Source: Sarea resinae (Eukaryota). From it: a stretch of DNA of 51,276 bases. This document shows, piece after piece, positions 11,802-26,200 of this stretch (position 1 is the first letter of the stretch; each line of letters begins with the position of its first letter). A model generated the notes under the pieces. That model was not told the DNA's origin. It made no database searches and was given only the letters and a program-made list of their open reading frames with translations. The stretch spans positions 1 through 51,276 of the forward strand of contig JAPEUD010000111.1 of NCBI GenBank assembly GCA_026026165.1. The letters run 5' to 3'. A program made the position numbers and the translations under genes.

Positions 11802-12732
11802 GGTACCTACCTACTCAGGAGTATGAAAGTCTAGGTCTTGCACCAATGAGCTTCGGAAATTGCCGCATCGACGCTTTGATTACCTGAACCCATCCTGTAT
11901 CTGCGTAAGGTACAGAGTACTCCGTACTCGTAAGCAGTCCTACGACGTACCATGGCCACCGACTACCGACTTAGCGCAGGGACCGACCTCTACCTTCCAC
12001 CTTGGCTTTCTAATGCTGAATTAGTCCAGGAACCGAGCCGACCCCTACTCCGGAGTAGAGGCTAAATCGGCCCCTTCAGGAGAGCCCTCTCCTGGCAGTC
12101 CTCCAAGCCAGCCTTGGAGAGTACTCGTACTTGTCCTATGTCTTGCACTCGGCGCAGTTGTACTCCCTTGGGGAGCTCACCATGCCCGGTCGTGCTTGGC
12201 CTTGTCTCTCCCCTTGGTAGTTCTCTCGCCATCGGCTGTCATCATGGAATCAGGAACCCTTCGTGCCCTTTGCGTCCGCGCCGTACTATGGTAGATGGAT
12301 GACTCGAGCACTGCGCCGTGTGATCTACATGCGTTTAATTGCACCCCCCTGGTCCTCCGTCCTTGTTCGCTCGTGAGCGCCGACGAAAAAGACACCTCGC
12401 TTCCGCCAACGGCCCCAAAGCGTAGGAAACTTTTCGCGGTCACGATAGTTTGGTCTAGTGCTTGGGCCCGAAATGACTTCAGCACTACAGCTGTCAGTGC
12501 CAGAATGGCCGTGGAGAGAGATGTGGGGTCCCTGGATTCAATCCATCGGCCGTAATGTCCGTTGGGCTCGGGGCTCTTTTTCTCGTCTGCTCTTGGATTG
12601 ATGCCGGTAACGTGGGTGGCTTTGCGTCGTTGCGTCGTTGCGTCGGGAGCATGGGCCCTTTAAAGTCGAGGGCCCTGCCACCCTTCCGGCGGCTTCGATT
12701 CAGCGGGCCAAACATTACTACCATAATTAATT

Positions 12733-14561
12733 ATGAAATTCACTCCTTTGACTTTTCTTTCTGCAGGTTGGCTCGCTCTCGAGGCCAACCTGGCCCTCGG
12801 TGCCTCTATCCCGACCACTTCCAACGGTTTGCCCGTTGTCGATTTGGGATATGCCATTCATCGAGCTACTACTTTCAATGTTCGTCTCGGAGCATCCGCG
12901 GTTCTTGACCTCTGTTGCTGACCTCGACGCAGACCACTGACCAAACTTTCCAATTCCGAAATATTCGATATGCTGCACCCCCAATTGGCGATCTCCGCTT
13001 CCAAAAACCTCAACTGCCCGGTACCAACCGATCAGCCGGCATCCAAACCGGTGAAGTCGGACTGGTGTGCCCCCAGTCGATTCCTTCGTGGATCATCCCG
13101 GCCGCCGAGGGCCTGCTCGGCATAAACGCAACTAAGCTCGGGCTTCCGTCGATTACCATTCCCGGCCTCGATATCCCTCTCGTCGAGACTGAGGACTGTC
13201 TCTTCCTCGATGTCTACGTTCCGGCGAATGTCTTCCAAGAGAAGGACAATGGAAAGGGTGCCCCAGTCATTGCCTGGATCTTCGGCGGAGGATACGTCGC
13301 AAACGACAAGCTCACCACCTTGCCCGGTGGCTTGATGAACATTAGCGAGTCAACTGGATCCGAGGGCGCCATCTTTGTCGCATTGAACTACAGGGTATGC
13401 TTCATTCCATTTCCCGAATTACCCTGCTAATTTTGACCAGCTGGGCGCCTTTGGCTGGCTTGGTGGTGACTCTGTGCAAGCAGATGGCGTGGCCAACGCC
13501 GGTTTGTACGATCAATTCCAGGCTCTTCAATGGATCCAGGACAACATCCACCTCTTCGGCGGTGACCCACGACGGGTGACCGTCATGGGCGAGAGTGCCG
13601 GAGCTGGCTCGATCATGCACCAAATCGTCTCGCATGGCGGCAAGAACAACGTCAGCAGCCTCTATCACCAAGCTATCTTGCAGAGTACCGCCTGGCAACC
13701 TCTGACCAACGCTGAAGCCGAGGTCGCCACCACCCAGTCCTTCCTGAAAGCTGCCGGTGTCAGCACCATTGCCGAAGCCCGCAAGTTGGACTCTGACACG
13801 CTCATCAAGGCCAACTTTGATGTCGTGTCCGCTGCCCCGTACGCCAACTTTGTCTATGGCCCGTCCATCGACGGTACTCTCATCCAGGACTCTGTTGGAA
13901 AGCTGCTCCTCGAGGGTAAATTCAATTCGGATCTTAAGCTGATGATCGGACACAATGAGAACGAGGTAATTCATTCCTGTTACTCACAAGCGCCAGCCTG
14001 AGCTAATTCTGCGCTCGCTAGGGAACTCTGTTCACGCCGAACAACATCACAACCGATGCTGATGTCGCATGGTTCGCCAACACTCTTTTCCCCACTGCCA
14101 AGTCGGATATCATCAGCTACATCCTCGATACCCTCTACCCAGCTACCTACGACGGAACGTATCCGTGGACCACGCCCCAGGAACGCGCCAAGCTGCTCGT
14201 GGAGGAGTCTGACTTCAGCTGCGCCACGAACGCCTTCGCTCGTGCCTTTGACAACGAGACATACAACTACATGTTCAGCGTCAGCCCTGGCATCCACGGC
14301 ATCGATCTCCTCTGGACCTTCTATGACGGTCCGGGTCTCACGAGTCTGATCGTCAAGAACGGCACCGTCGCCACAGATCTGCAGTCGTACATCACCGCCT
14401 TTGCCTCCAACGGCAACCCCAACTCGGACTTGGCCCCGCAGTTCAACGCCTACGGCAGCGACTCCATGCTCCAGAACCTCAACGTCACCGGCATCGGTCC
14501 CTTGGCTGATCCGACGGCCAACAACCGCTGCCAATGGTGGCAGCAGGGCCTCTACTTTTAG
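12733..14561 (+). CDS. Secreted carboxylesterase type B (COesterase family)
   Basis: Signal-peptide-like N-terminus; exons 12733-12879, 12933-13394, 13441-13965, 14022-14561. Motifs LPVVDLGY, NIRYAAPPIGDLRF, EDCLFLDV, WIFGGGY, NYRLG, FGGDP..VT.MGESAG, NENEG, GIHGID, NPN. Confidence 0.93.
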
Positions 14562-15509
14562 AGGATTTGCATCTGTCGCAAGGGTAGACAATTAATATCG
14601 ATGTTTTCGGCATTGGAAAAACCCACACTCTTTTGAAATCGAGGCCGACGGCAAGGGAACCTCTGGTCCGGTCCACCTCCGTCACGGTCTCCGTCCGGTC
14701 ACACATACCACTCACTATACATAGCACCGTTACAAAATAATCTTCTGGCTCTGTACATGAAGGCAGAGAGAGACTTAGTGTCTAAATTATATTACCTAGT
14801 ATCATGTCCTGCCGTGATGTGGTGTTGATGTGACGACCGTCCCAGCACGATGGCCGAATTCGGTGATGGATTCGGCCATGGATTCGGTCCGTGCCCGTCA
14901 GTAATTCGAGGGACGTCTGACGTTTGACCCATTGGCAGCCACTATCGCCAGAAGTGAATACCTTCGCTACCTGGTGGTGCCGTGTCCCTTGGCATGATGA
15001 GTTGCTCGACGACTTCACCAGAGTAAGGTACGACGTACTGTCTCGGTCTGTGATGCTCGAAAGTCCAAGTACCCAAGTACGAGGACGAAAGTACCAGGTC
15101 CCGCGCCCCGCGTAGCAGGTATCAGCAGGTATCTTGCATCGAAATCGTACGATGGTAGCATCTCTGTATTACGGAGTACTACGTAGTAGACGCATCGGCC
15201 ATGGATCGGCCATCAGCCACGGGCAGTGCAGTGGAAACAGCTGATGGGGAACTGACTCGCTGTATTTCTAAGCCGCTGCATGCCCTTGGCCCCTGGATGT
15301 CGTGACCATCTCTACCGGCGCATATCTCTTCCCTCTACGGACATTCTCGACGAATTCCAGGTTGCTTGATTGATCGCACATTGGATGCATCGAAGCGTGC
15401 CCGTGAAACTGCCTGCGAAACGAAAAGTACCACCACCACCATTACCTCCCTCTACTCGTCACCCATCCCGTCTCATCTCTTACCTCGGACCTCTCTCCTC
15501 CCCCAGATC

Positions 15510-16432
15510 ATGATATCTCCAACCCAAATCTCCCTCATCCTCCTCGCCGTCGCCGCAGGAGTCTTCCACACCCAGATCATCGCACCGAACATGGCAAGCA
15601 CCAAAGCACCAACACGCCAATGGGCCGACGGTCCCCTGCCCTTGGTGGCCACGCCCATCTACGAGACCAAGAAGGATGACATCTTCACCAAGGGCGCCAC
15701 CCACATGGCCCTGCTCCACAATACCATCCTGCGCGGCTTCAATACCATCTACCTGCAGGCCCCTCACGTCAAGCCTGCCGACTACGCCGACTTCATCGGA
15801 TACTCGCTGACCTGGTTCAAGTTCGTCAAGAGCCACCACGACGACGAGGAGGACCAGCTCTTCCCCAAGATCGAGGAGCTCGTGAACAAGAAGGGCATCT
15901 GGGATGGCACCCACAAGGAACATGGTATGCACCCTGCCTTTCCCCGCCGATAGAGAACTCTTCTAACGTACCGACAGAATCCTTCCTCCCCGGCCTCGCT
16001 GCCTACGCCGAGTACCTGAATACCTGTTCCGTGAACCCTTCCACCTTCTCCGGCACCAAGCTCATCGAGATCATGGACGCCTTCAAAGACGACTTCTCCA
16101 ATCATTTCCACAACGAGATCCCCACCATCCAGGCACTCGGTACCACCGTGGAAGAGATTCCCCCAACCGTCGGACCGACCTTTGCCGCCTGGGGTAAAAA
16201 CAGCATCATGAAGGCGGGCCTCACCGACGTCGTGCCGTTTCTGTTCATGAACTTCGATCGCAGTGACGACTTCGAGGGCGGCATGTGGAAGGCGTGGCCG
16301 CCGATGCCGGCGCCCATCCGATGGGGTCTGACCAATCTGGGAGGCAGCTGGCATTGGGGCTGGTGGAAGTTTGCGAGCTGTGACGGCTCCGGTCTGCCCC
16401 GAGAGCTCTATGCTTTGGGGGATAAGCAGTAA
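15510..16432 (+). CDS. Hemerythrin-like (HHE cation-binding) protein
   Basis: Exons 15510 (or 15591)-15924 and 15978-16432. Motifs WADGP, HMALLHN.ILRG.N.IY.QA, HHDDEE..LFP, H.EH, HF.NEI, WWKFASCD. Confidence 0.85.
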
Positions 16433-16659
16433 AGGGACGGAGGACGGGTTCTGATCCATTGCAATCCAGTCCACAAAGGACCTCGAAAGGGAAAGGGAGT
16501 GGACGTTGCGTGATGTATCGTTTTGGCGGGGTTTTTTTTTTAGCATTATTGCTCTGGTGACATGGATGGGATTTGGGTATGATACAATATGCTTCTTAGT
16601 TATACCTCGCTCGGCTCACTTATGAAATCACTATATTAATCACCACTGCTCGTCGCTTG

Positions 16660-17200
16660 AGATGTGCTTGCTATACTAGGTATGCTAGGCTTCTTCTGGT
16701 AGGTTATGTTCGCCTAAGAGTAGGTGGTTTTCTGTTATCATATACAGTAGCTATTGTACTAACTTTGTTGAATACCAAGGTAGATTAAAGGCTCTAAGCT
16801 AAGGTAAAATTTAAATAACATATCGGTAAATATATAAGTACAGCTAGCTACTCTAGTAGCTAGAATTACTCTTGTACTTTAACTAGGAGTTAGTCTATAT
16901 AGTGTTGAGCTATACACACCTCTATTTATAGTAGTGTTTGCGGTCTTGGTCCCGCAGCAGCTACTAATCACCTTGGCGTACATTGGGCGCCTTGATGGGG
17001 ATACGTTGGCACATTGGGATGAGCGGAAAATGGGCACAGGCGGCATACGTGGGGATACAGCGACATACGGTATACATTGGGATGGAGCGGCGCATAGCCT
17101 GAATTGGGATACCGCGGCATACGTTGGCATAAAGGAGCGTACAATAGCGCGCACCTAGACCTGAACCCCACTAGAAGTTCTAATAGATTAATAGATCACA
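16660..17200. other. TpA-rich RIP-like island with an internal mosaic of short repeats (possible transposon relic)
   Basis: Abrupt AT/TAG enrichment at 16660-16960 and 17150-17200. Between them ACATTGGG, GGGATAC, CGGCATACGT and ATACGTTGGCA recur. Confidence 0.5.
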
Positions 17201-17250
17201 CGAATCCCAGCTCAAGTCTTGCCTATCATTCAAAACCAATATCTTTCAGC

Positions 17251-20200
17251 CTATCGGCCAGACGTCGCGTCGTCTTCAAAATCAGTCTCCTCAAGCAGAC
17301 CCCCTTGTAAAATCTTTCCCAGATGAGTCTTCTCGATGCCCTCGCAATTCCGCCGAATCTTCGTCATCAACACCTTCAAAAATTCCACCGGGCTATCTCT
17401 AAACACGGTCTTCCCCGCGCTTGTCGAGGTAATAAACCCATCTGCCCTCACCCTAACTCCTTCTTCAGCTGGTCTCCAAGCCAAATTGAGGGTATCGCAG
17501 AGTTCAGTGTATTCTCTGAACGAGCTGAGATACAGCTGGCCGGCGAACAGGTTCAACTGCACGATCACGTGTCGGGGAACAATACACCGAGAATCAAATG
17601 GTTTCCCTGCGGTGAATAGATCCAGCGCGTCCAGAGGGCGGAACCCCAAGTTGGGGCGCGGCGCGTAGAGATGCAGTGTGACGCGCCGGTACTCCTGAAT
17701 GAGCGGCAATAATTCTTGTGCCTCGAACGGGCTGATGATGACCATGTGCTTGATCGAACTGGAAGGCTCGACGCCGCCTGCAGAGCTGAAAATCCACTGG
17801 ACAGGTCGCTGGTAGGCGTCGGAGACGTAGCGTTCCCCTGAGACCTTGATCGTTCGAGCGAAATCGGCCGTGACAAGGAGATCGTGTGGGAATTGGGACA
17901 CATCGAGATAGGCGGCTGCGCTGGAAGTTCGCAGCGCTTCAAAGGCGGGAAGAAATGCGTTAGAATGCGCAATGACCTGGCCTGTCCTGACGAGCGAGCT
18001 GACATCTCTGTGGATGCTATGCTTCTCTGGCGTCGCTCGCGGAGGCCTCTCGACCTGGCGTTCTTGCTCAATTTCGGGCGACAGTTCGCGTTCTTGTTCC
18101 TCTTGAAGGGTGGCTGAATCAAAGTTTAGGTTTCCAAAGTCACGGCAGCGCTCGATGATACGACTGATGTTCTCGTTCTCGGCATTCCAATCAGAGAGTC
18201 GGGGCGTTTCCGACGGGGGATGGGGACGGTAACGATAATCCAGCGTCTGAGCTTCTTCTTCCAAGAATTCCTCTGCTTGGGCCGAGGAAAATTCGTACCC
18301 GTCTTCCCTCTCAGCTGCAGCCCAGAGATGTTTCTGTTCTTCGAATCGCCGGCCCTGGACCGCCCACAATGACATACTCCGTCTCAGATCGAGCCAGGTC
18401 TCGGAGATAGCCCAACGGAGTACGTCTGCAACCTCTATCACACTATCCTCTTGCTTGCAAGTGCGTTCCAAGATCTTTGACTGAATCTCCGCGGGGATAC
18501 AGAAGACGACCGATTGTCCCTTGCCAAGCTTTCTCAATCTCATGCATGCTATAGCGTTATCAGCACAGGAAAGGATTATTACAACAGAAATGCTTACCTT
18601 GTACCAATCTATCCTTGGTTAGACAGGGTCCAAGTGTCACAGCGGCTCGATAGTGCTTTGGCAGCCGAAGGTCAGTTCCTCTCGTGTGTGCCTCGTCTAA
18701 AATGACAAGACAGACATCAAGCTGCTCAGCAAAGGGTGAGGTCTGTAAAAGCTCAATACGACCTGTCCGGTCCAAAACCGAGAGCTCATCGTCATCGTTG
18801 AAGAAAACGACTGCTTTTGTTCCTTGATGATCAGTACTCATACTAAGCCATTTTTGGGCGATCTGGAGATTGCTAAGCTCGAGAATCTGGGCTCCGACAT
18901 CCAGTATCACTCGTACTGCTAGATCCATCTTGGTGACCGTTGACAGCAGAAGCTCGGCGTCCGACCCTGTAGGGGCGTCACCTCGCGGTAACAGCTCCAC
19001 AGAATTTTCGTCTCGGAGAAGGTACTCTAGAACCAGCGCATTTGTATGCTTCTGTGTTGGCAGATCGAGATGGTGGACGCTAAGAGGAAGAAGATGGCGA
19101 GAATCATTCGTGCCACTAAATCCCGTCGTTGGGTGGGGTTTTATTTGACCAAGATCCCAACCTGAAGCAGAAAGCTTCTGCGGAAACTCTTTCATTTCCT
19201 TTGGAAAGACGAGGCGCGAAAGGAAGTAGTCAATTGCGCCCTTGGAATATCGTAGATGGGGAAAGACCTGTTTGACGCACTGGAAGCGATCCTTGGTATT
19301 GACTCCCACTAATTGACGGAAGGAATCTGGAAGTTCTGGAGCTGTTTGCACCCATTCCCCATACTCATTTTGGGCTTGGTCAGATTTGAGTAGGTGACTG
19401 AAGGCGTTGAAGAGATCGTCGTCGTCCAATCCACCGTAGTAGTAGCTAAGTGAGGTCAGCACAATCATAACGTCGGGATGGCTGAATTCAGAACGTGGTG
19501 TAGGATTGTCCTTTGCCCGGAACGGTACCGCGAGCTGAGTCTTTGGCATTCTATTGGGATCAAGCCCATAGTTGACTCTCCATTGTTTCAAATCAAAGGC
19601 AAAAGACAAGACACCGCCGGCGATCAAGCCTCGGATGAGAAGCAGGGCATTCTTTGTCGAGTCGGTCCAGAAGCTCCCGTGGCTTTCGCTTTCCACTCGA
19701 ACGATATCTTCTGCGGTGAGATTCAATTCAGTGATATACTTGAAGATGGCTCGTCTGACACCCTCAGGCTGGCGAGCTACAGGAAATCCAGAGAATCCTG
19801 TCTTGCAGATGTATTCCGCCATTCGCCTCAAAACGAGTTTGTGGGCATCTGGACGTAAGAGCCGGGTCTTTGGAAAAGCCCCCGGCTGTCGAACATCGAC
19901 TCTTATAGACTCGGGCAGTGCGAGCTTTACCTCTGGTGCGAGTCGAGCAACGATGTCAAGCACCATCTGAATGATAGTCCACCGTTCTGGGCTGAGTTCA
20001 ATGGGCCTCTGCATGCCCATAGTGTAGATGAGCTCAAATTTGACACTGAAATTCTCGTCACTCTCATCCACAATATCTCGGGAATTGCCATCAAAGAAAT
20101 GTTGAGTCTCGAGTAGCGATTTTCCTACTGATTCATGGCCGGCGACTAGGCACTCGAGGCCCATCAACTTGAAAGAGAGGATGTGTTCAGGCTGAACTAA

Positions 20201-23200
20201 GAGGATGCCTCTGTTCGACATACACTCTCTATAGATCCTGCCGATTGCATTGGCTTGGCACGTTTCCAATCTAAGAGCGCGAGAGAATGGCATATGATAG
20301 ATGCGCCGCCCTAACAGGCCTCCAAACTTTGAGACAAGCATCCGGAACATCTGCCTCGATTGCGGCTTTGCCACGATCACTCGAACCAGGCGTGTTCCAT
20401 CTGCCAGCGCGGCTGCCACTATTGGCACAATCACGGACGATTTCCCCTCGCCCATATTAAGCTGCATGACAGCGTTATCATTGGACCGAGGGTTGGCCAT
20501 TTGGCGTGCAATTTCTTCTTGTACTTCCCGTATCATAATGCCACTCTCAACCTCAAGAAGTAGTGACTCTGGAAAATCCCAGGGGCTCCAATTTTGGTGG
20601 CCGACGTTGAATAATTCTTCGGCAAGGTCAATGTGATTTTCACAACAGCCGATCAGTCTCTCTGCACGAGAGACTTCCGTGAGAGCAAGGCCGTACTTGA
20701 TGATGCACTTCTTCCAATCGTCTGACAGTGTAACCCATCGCGGACACGTCAACTGCTGGAGGAAGAATGCTGGAGACACCCTGGGCCAATGGCCTACTGT
20801 AGCAGCCAGTGAGTGAACCTGGTTTCCGCCCCGGACATTGTTTATTATAGCAAGGTACAAGTCCTCGACGTGTTGATTGCATCTGGTCTGATAGGATTCC
20901 AGTCCACGAGAGATTTCACAGGCTTGAGAGTCTGGCAAGCTCTTGTTTGCGCGGCCTTGGAGGGACAAAAGACTGTCACGCAGATGCTCGAAATAGTCAT
21001 TTTCGTGCTTAGAGCTGGCCTGTGCTTCGAGCTCGGTAAGAAGAGCATCCAGTCGCGAATTTGATCGCGTTTCTCTAGACTGGGCCTGCAATTGGATACT
21101 GAGGCTTGGTGGAGCCTTGGGTAAGATCAAGGGAGCGGGCGCAGCAAATATGTCACTTGCTCTGACGCAATAGTTCCTGCTGTAGACTGTTGGGCTGGAG
21201 ATTGGGAATAAATAGACAGGCGAATGTATAGGGTCAACCATCTGGTTCCTCAATGCACCTTCAATCTGATCCAAGTACGTGTAGAATCGATGGTTCTTAA
21301 ACCAGGTTTTGAACTGTGAGATGACATCTTTGATGATCTGGCCTGTGTTGATATAGATGCTGAAGATATCTTCAGTTGGTATCTCCGGGGTTTCGCAAGG
21401 CCACTGCTGTTCAAGCGCTTGGACAAATCTTTTGATTTCTCTGCTTTGATTGCTTTGAAATTTATGATGCCTTCGGGTACGGGCAGCGCTCTCGCTTTCC
21501 CAGTTCTGCTTTGGAAAACGTGCCTCAGGACAACTATGAAACGGGCGACGCGCAGATCGAATAAGTTGTTCTAATTCTGATCGTGTGGCAACGAAACCCT
21601 GAGAAAGATCGAACTGATCAAATGGCGGTACACTAACCTGTGCGACATGGCGCACAACGTAGAACGCAGTCAACGTCTGGATGACCTGCATGTTAGCCTC
21701 TTTTGAGAACGCCATTGTAGAGAGCCACGCCATGATGTGAAATTTGTTGTACTGTTCAGGTGAGCGACCGAGAGAGAAGTGGACTGGACACCACAACTCG
21801 CCCAGGAGTTCAGAAGGTTCGCCGAGCCACTTGGAGTCAAACTTCAGCATGGATTTCTCCAATTTCAGGCTAGGCCCAGGTATCGAGCCACACCGCAGAA
21901 GAAGCGTCCAGAGGCAATCCTTTAAATTAGGTAGTGGCCTGAGCTGAAGGACATCCCGCCCTTGGAAAATGGACCTGGCGACCTCGAAAGCCCGAGTGGC
22001 TCTCTCAGAGTTTTGACCTTGGTCTCTCGGGAGATAGTTCGCATCATGCTGAATGGTGTGCTCCTCTGCGCCAAAATCAGCAACGCGGAAGGTGGATGAC
22101 CGGATCAAATCACGCTCCACCAAATATGGATCGACAAAGTTCAAACTAGGTGGCTCGATATACACATCAGGATAGAAAATCTTGGTGTCATTTGCTTGCT
22201 CAAGAATACCTTTCACAGAGAGGTAGAATTTGCTGTGCTGTGACAGGAAACTAAGATTAGAATCCCAATCGACTGTTTGCATCACACGCTCGTTGGCTGG
22301 ATAGTAAGTTCTTCCCGCCGCTAACTTTGCAATGCGTTCTAGGATCGCAAGGTTGTTCTCCGTGAGATAATCAAATGATCTGACCGCTGCTGAATTTAGG
22401 GTTAAAAGTGCTTGCTCGGTTCCCGTCCGCTGAGTGAGTGTGTCTGGCAGACAGTAGGATGTTAGACCATGGAGGTAGCACAGGAACAGCTTGCTCTGCA
22501 AATTTCCATTATCCACCATTCGACCAAGACGTCTGTCGACATGGTACACGTGAGCTTTAGCCGTGCTACTCCTGTCGATAGTGACTAGAATATGGTCAAC
22601 GCTCTTCCGATACGTTACTTTGCCTTCAGGTATGATCACGAGTCGATCCTGGTCTCCTCTATCCTTTTTTAACACGAGCGTGTTCCTAAGGCCGACCAAC
22701 GTACCAATGACCTGGTTAGGGTCAATAGACATACCGCGAAACTGCCGCGAATGAATGAGAGAAGTTCCTTGTTCGAGGTCGAAGCCAAGTTGCAAGCGCG
22801 GCAATTCAATTTCAAGCGACTCCGAAGCCTCGTGAAAAATTGCATGGATATGGCGACTTTCCTCGAGAGGAGAGAGAATTGTTGACAGATTTCGAGCAGT
22901 ATCACTTGAGAGGTCAATCAAAGCAACGCTATCGTCCCTCGTAAGGCGCCACGAAGAGCTGATGTTTGTTAGTCGCCAGTTGGCAAGCGACGAAGACCAG
23001 GGATCTTTGATCGGGCGAAATTCAACAGAGTTATTGGCATTGTCGTACCAATGGGCATATTCATCAACGAACGCAATGGGCAACGTGTTGCGAAATACAC
23101 TCGATGGAACAAGGTCGTACTTGTAACCGTTTCGAACCGATTGGAGGACCAGATCAGACGTATGGGAATCCAGCCTGTTTAGAGTTGATTGCATACCGAA

Positions 23201-26200
23201 ATAAACTGTATAACCAGCGTATGGCTGTTTCGCGGAGAATCGCATGCCTGGGGTCCTGGTAGGCATGACTTCTAGAGTTGAACGGCCAAAGAGCGGGGTG
23301 TACATCGCATGACGCTCGTACTCCTGAGGCAGCCGTGCTAAAGGAAGACCATTCACCAGCAGCTCGGCCGTCAACAGGTTGAAATGCACGACAAGGGGCT
23401 CACAATCGTCCTCTGACACTGCTTGACTGTAGAGCCAATGCGTATGCGGATTTGGGACGGGCTGCCAGGTGCTTCCCGGCTCGTAAGCTGACCAGGAATT
23501 TGTGACTGCGTCGTTGAGACAAGGACTGCCCATTTCCACGACCTCTCTCGTAAGTATTGGAAGCGCTCGATATAGCAGCTTCTTCCATCGCTCGAGCATG
23601 ACGGATTGCAATTGATCGTCTTGTCCTATCAAAGAACGGGAGTACTCCTGTATTGCAAGAGAGCATTGTATGAGGATAGAAGCTTCCGATGGAGAAGCCA
23701 GGGTATCTTCCAAATGATTCTGGTCAATGTCGAAAGTGTTCACACATACTAGTGCTACCTCGATGGTCCTCGACAAGAACTCCGTTCTTTGATCATCATC
23801 GGTTGAATGCTGCGCTTTGTCCCGAAGTAGGTCTACCCAAGTGAATGAAATTTGTCGAGCTTTATCCAGAAATTTCAAATACTCTTCGCGAGTTCTGACC
23901 GCCGATGTCAGTGAGAGCAATCTTGCCGCCAGATGTACAAAGCTTGCAAGTGCTCGAGAAGCCTCCCAATTCGCTTTCACCCTTTGAAGAGCAACGTGAA
24001 CCTGCACAAGAAAGACACTGCTAAACGCCTCGTTGGCCAAAATCGCATGGCTCATTCTCTCAACATTCCCTTCACCTGGTGGACCGGCTTGGTAAATCGT
24101 ACCAAGAAGCATTATGTTTGTCTCGACCTTGGTAAAGTCCAGCGAGGGTATTGCGAGCTGGGTCATGATATTCATCCATTGAATTCGGTAGCCGAGGGGG
24201 ATAGCACAGAAAGCTTTGAATTCATCTAGAGACATATGATCTGGGCAATCGGATTGACTTGCTATGACTTGATTAGGCGGTACACCGCTTGGCATCTGAG
24301 GTGGCCTGGCAAGAAATTGCGCTAACAAGATTGAGCGTTCTGGAAGTGAGTAGGTGCAGAGCTTTAACACTCTGTCTGTGGTCCTCGAGGTACTAGTGAA
24401 AACGTCTTGGTCGCGGTCGTAATACTTCCACTGCAGACCATTGTGAAGGCAGATATCACCTTCTGTAGTGTCTGCAATAGACTTGTCTCGACGATGAGTA
24501 GCTGTGTGAGGCTTGACCTCAGACAGAAGACCAATGCAACGAAATGGATCGGAGGAATTGAATGGGACTAGATTTGGATAAGAGGAGAGGGTATGTTTTG
24601 CTCGCGGGTGTTCTTGAGTAGAATATTTGCATCCTAGAACGTCATTGAGAATGAACGCAGTCTCATCGCGCCATTGGCCGAAAGCGACAGGAACCATAAG
24701 CTCAAATACTGTGGACTTTGCCTCTAGCTCTTTCCTGGGAAGAGGCCATTCATTGACCGCAATGTTGATAGCTTTGGCTTGGTTCTTATATCTGTGTTTC
24801 TTGCAGCTGCTGCTGTGCCGGGATTCCCGAAAATCATTGAAAACATCCACCACGACTTCATCGTACTCGCACTCGCTTTGGTCGTGAAGCCGCATTAAAT
24901 TGGAGTATTGTTCTTTCTTCAGAAAAAGCTCTGCACGCTTCTGATCCCTCTGGAGAGTAGCCCAGTCCTCAATCCGAGAAAGCAATGCCTGATGCTGAGG
25001 GGATTGGTTGAAAAATCTCACAGAAAAATCGGATGCTTGACCAAAGCTACGAAAGACAGAGCGGGTCGCTTTGGCATTTCCTTGTCGAGTCTTCAAATAT
25101 TGCTCGATGTCAGAAAGTCTTTTCATCTGGCGTTTGAACGGCAACATCAGACACTGAAGAAGCTCTGTAGGGATCTCCGGAGAATAGTCTAGAAGTAAGC
25201 CATAATGAATACATGCAGATTTGTCGCAAGCAACCCAGAGTTCCATGATAGTCAAGACCATAATCGAAGATGCCTCGGGGTTGTTTGAATAGTAGGAAGC
25301 TGCGATATTGTGATAGTCCTCTATTGACGTCTTGAGTCGTCCACAAGTGGTGTCATCATTCATATGGCATTTCAACCAACTTGGAAGATTCAAGTCAACC
25401 CAGCTTTCAAAGGCAGCTAACCTGAAAACTTGATACTCTTTTCCCGCAAAAGCATCGATGTCTGAAGGCAGCTGGTCGGCTAAATACGTAGGCAGTACTG
25501 ACAAAGGCTGAAAAGTGGAATGGCTGGTCTGTCGTTCCCGTCTCGCTATAGAAACGATATAATCATCTAGCTCGGGGAGACAGAGAATTGTATCATCCTT
25601 AAACTTCAGTGATTTGAGGCGCGTCAAGTCCAACTTCGGATTCGTCTGTTTGATGACATCCTGCCATCTTCTCTCGATCAAATTTTGCGTCTTCAACATG
25701 ATTCCATGCACGTCCTTGATCCACGGCTCTGTTTGTTCTGCGCCGAGTTTTAGTAAGCGCCGTGAGAGCTTCGCATTCATCGCCGATAGGATGTCGCTTT
25801 AAAGGGCATGCGCATTGGACAACTTCAGGATATGAGCTAAAAGGAAAACCATGAAGGCTTTGTACAAATCTTCTGGCGACTTTGCCGATGCGACCGAGCG
25901 GGAGAACCAGAGCTGCAAGACAACACGGATCAGCAGCCACGTTGGCGATCTCCGCCACGGCCGCAGAGCACTCTTCCACATGACTTCTTCCCGAGTATTC
26001 TTCCAGATTGTCGAAACTTCAGCTGGCTCACCCGCAGCTCTCAGAAAGCTCATGAGATATTCTGTGACCATGCTTGGATGAGTGGTATCGCGGTCCTCGG
26101 TGTGCTGTTGACCGGCTTTCCTCACCTTGGGTTGCATACCCATTGCAACCTGGTGGCTCATCTTAGCGATCGTCTGTGCCAATGTCGCTTTAAATCCATC

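Noticed and set aside
9362..12720. Many 60-165-aa ORFs in the aquaporin-esterase intergenic region
   Set aside because: No recognisable motifs or consistent exon structure; a small gene cannot be excluded without RNA data.
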